DNA of 19,118 nt, taken from positions 1 through 19,118 of IMG/VR virus record IMGVR_UViG_2897375277_000001. One strand, 5' to 3'. Source of the stretch: a virus (taxonomy: Duplodnaviria; Heunggongvirae; Uroviricota; Caudoviricetes). The translations under genes and the position numbers were made by a program. The notes beneath the pieces were generated by a model. That model ran no database searches. It was not told where the DNA came from and saw only the letters and a list, made by a program, of their open reading frames with translations. Below, piece after piece: positions 18,066-19,118 of this stretch. Numbering within the stretch: position 1 is the first letter of the stretch; the number at the start of each line of letters is the position of its first letter.

Positions 18066-19118
18066 TTACGCCGCTGCAATCTTCAGCAGTTTGATGGCCT
18101 GCGAATCGACCAGCATGCCGCCGGTGCGTTTGGTGGTATAAAAACCGACAAACGGTTTATTGGTGTACGGGTCACGCAGAATGCGGGTGCCGATACGGTC
18201 AACGATGGTGTAACCCCGTTTGAAGTTACCAAATGCAATGGCTTTCGCATCAGCGGCGATATCCGGCATCTGTTCGTTTTCAGCGATACCGTAACCCGCC
18301 AGAGAGGACGGCTGCCCCAGCTCCAGCCCCGGACGCCACAGATAGTTACCCTCGCTGTCTTTCAGCAGACGGATGGCAAACAGGGCTGTTGTTGTTCATC
18401 ATGAACTTCGCACCGGTGCGGTGTGCCTTACGCAGCGTGTAAATAAGTTTGATAATGGCGTCTGCGGTCACCGCAGTCGCTTCGCCGGATACAATATGCT
18501 GAAGTTTGCCGAACGCCCGGACCTTATCGGTTTCATCAGTGGATTCATACGCCAGGAACCCTTTCGGCTTCTTGGTGCCATCGCCTGAGGTAAAGGCAAT
18601 TTCTTCCTGTTCGGCAAATTCGGTTGCCAGCTCGCTGTTGATCCAGGCCTCCACGTTGAAGAAGGCATCGTCCAGCATTTTCTGGGTGGCCTGCGGGTTG
18701 CCGTAGATTTCCCCCATGAGAGGTTCAATCAGCTCCAATCTGGAGGTGGCAGTCTGGGATCGCGTATCCGTTTCCCCCACCCATCCGGAAGCCGTGCCGC
18801 CCAGATTCACCAGTTTTTTGTAGTCGGAACCGCCAACGGTGATCACCGTGGCTTCCTGGCGCATCACCACTTCATCTTTCAGCAGGGTGAGAATGTTGCG
18901 ATCCAGCGCTTCCGGCACGGCATAGCCACCGTCTTCATCGGTGCCCACCTGCAATGCCTTACGCTCCAGATCGCGCAGACCATCTTCACGGCCTTTACGC
19001 AGGAAGCCCACAAACGCTTCTTTATGCTCGGTGGCCAGTTTATTTTGCGCACCACCTGCCGGACGTTTCAGCTCAAGCAGCTCTTTTCAAGATCGCTTTT
19101 GAGGTTTTCCAGCTCGCT
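18066..19118 (-). CDS. HK97-family major capsid protein, 5' end outside the window, with at least 2 apparent frameshifts
   Basis: ORF 18346..19011 reads ...FLRKGREDGLRDLERKALQ...GGYAVPEALDRNILTLLKDEVVMRQ...; the C-terminus ...LWRPGLELGQPSSLAGYGIAENEQMPDIAADAKAIAFGNFKRGYTIVDRIGTRILRDPYTNKPFVGFYTTKRTGGMLVDSQAIKLLKIAAA* is in another frame. Switches near 18385 (AACAACAAC region) and 19085 (AAAA run); protein-like translation continues to the window edge. Confidence 0.7.

Noticed and set aside
1-19118. CRISPR arrays, tRNA/rRNA genes, phage attachment site
   Set aside because: No short direct-repeat/spacer periodicity, no cloverleaf-like conserved tRNA segments and no rRNA-like sequence were seen; the prophage boundary is not identifiable within the window.

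Overview
The window is the tail-proximal end of a Mu/e14-like myovirus-type prophage carrying a cargo defense gene and an insertion sequence. All phage structural genes lie on the minus strand: HK97-type major capsid (runs off the right edge), gp6-like connector, head-tail adaptor, sheath, tube, tail assembly chaperone, tape measure, Mu N/P-like proteins, baseplate V/gp46/J/gp48-like proteins, tail fiber and Tfa. The tail fiber sits in a Gin/Pin/Hin-type invertible host-range segment (about 4687..6522) bounded by two inverted 26-bp crossover sites, with a second silent fiber C-terminus and Tfa on the plus strand. Left of it, only the first 42 codons of the serine invertase gene survive (4491..4619, minus). 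They abut a plus-strand GmrSD-family (DUF262 + DUF1524) type IV restriction gene, which is itself split by an intact 2442-bp IS66-family element (1782..4223) with a perfect 8-bp target duplication (TTCTGTTC). Removing the IS plus one duplication copy restores the restriction ORF exactly. The capsid-to-tape-measure half (about 11.2-19.1 kb) and a patch at about 470-780 carry many apparent single-base frameshifts, mostly in homopolymer runs, whereas 4.6-11.1 kb and the IS are clean. This could be prophage decay or uneven assembly quality; I cannot tell which from sequence alone. No rRNA, tRNA or CRISPR array was seen. All protein-family calls are from reading the translations by eye, with no searches run.
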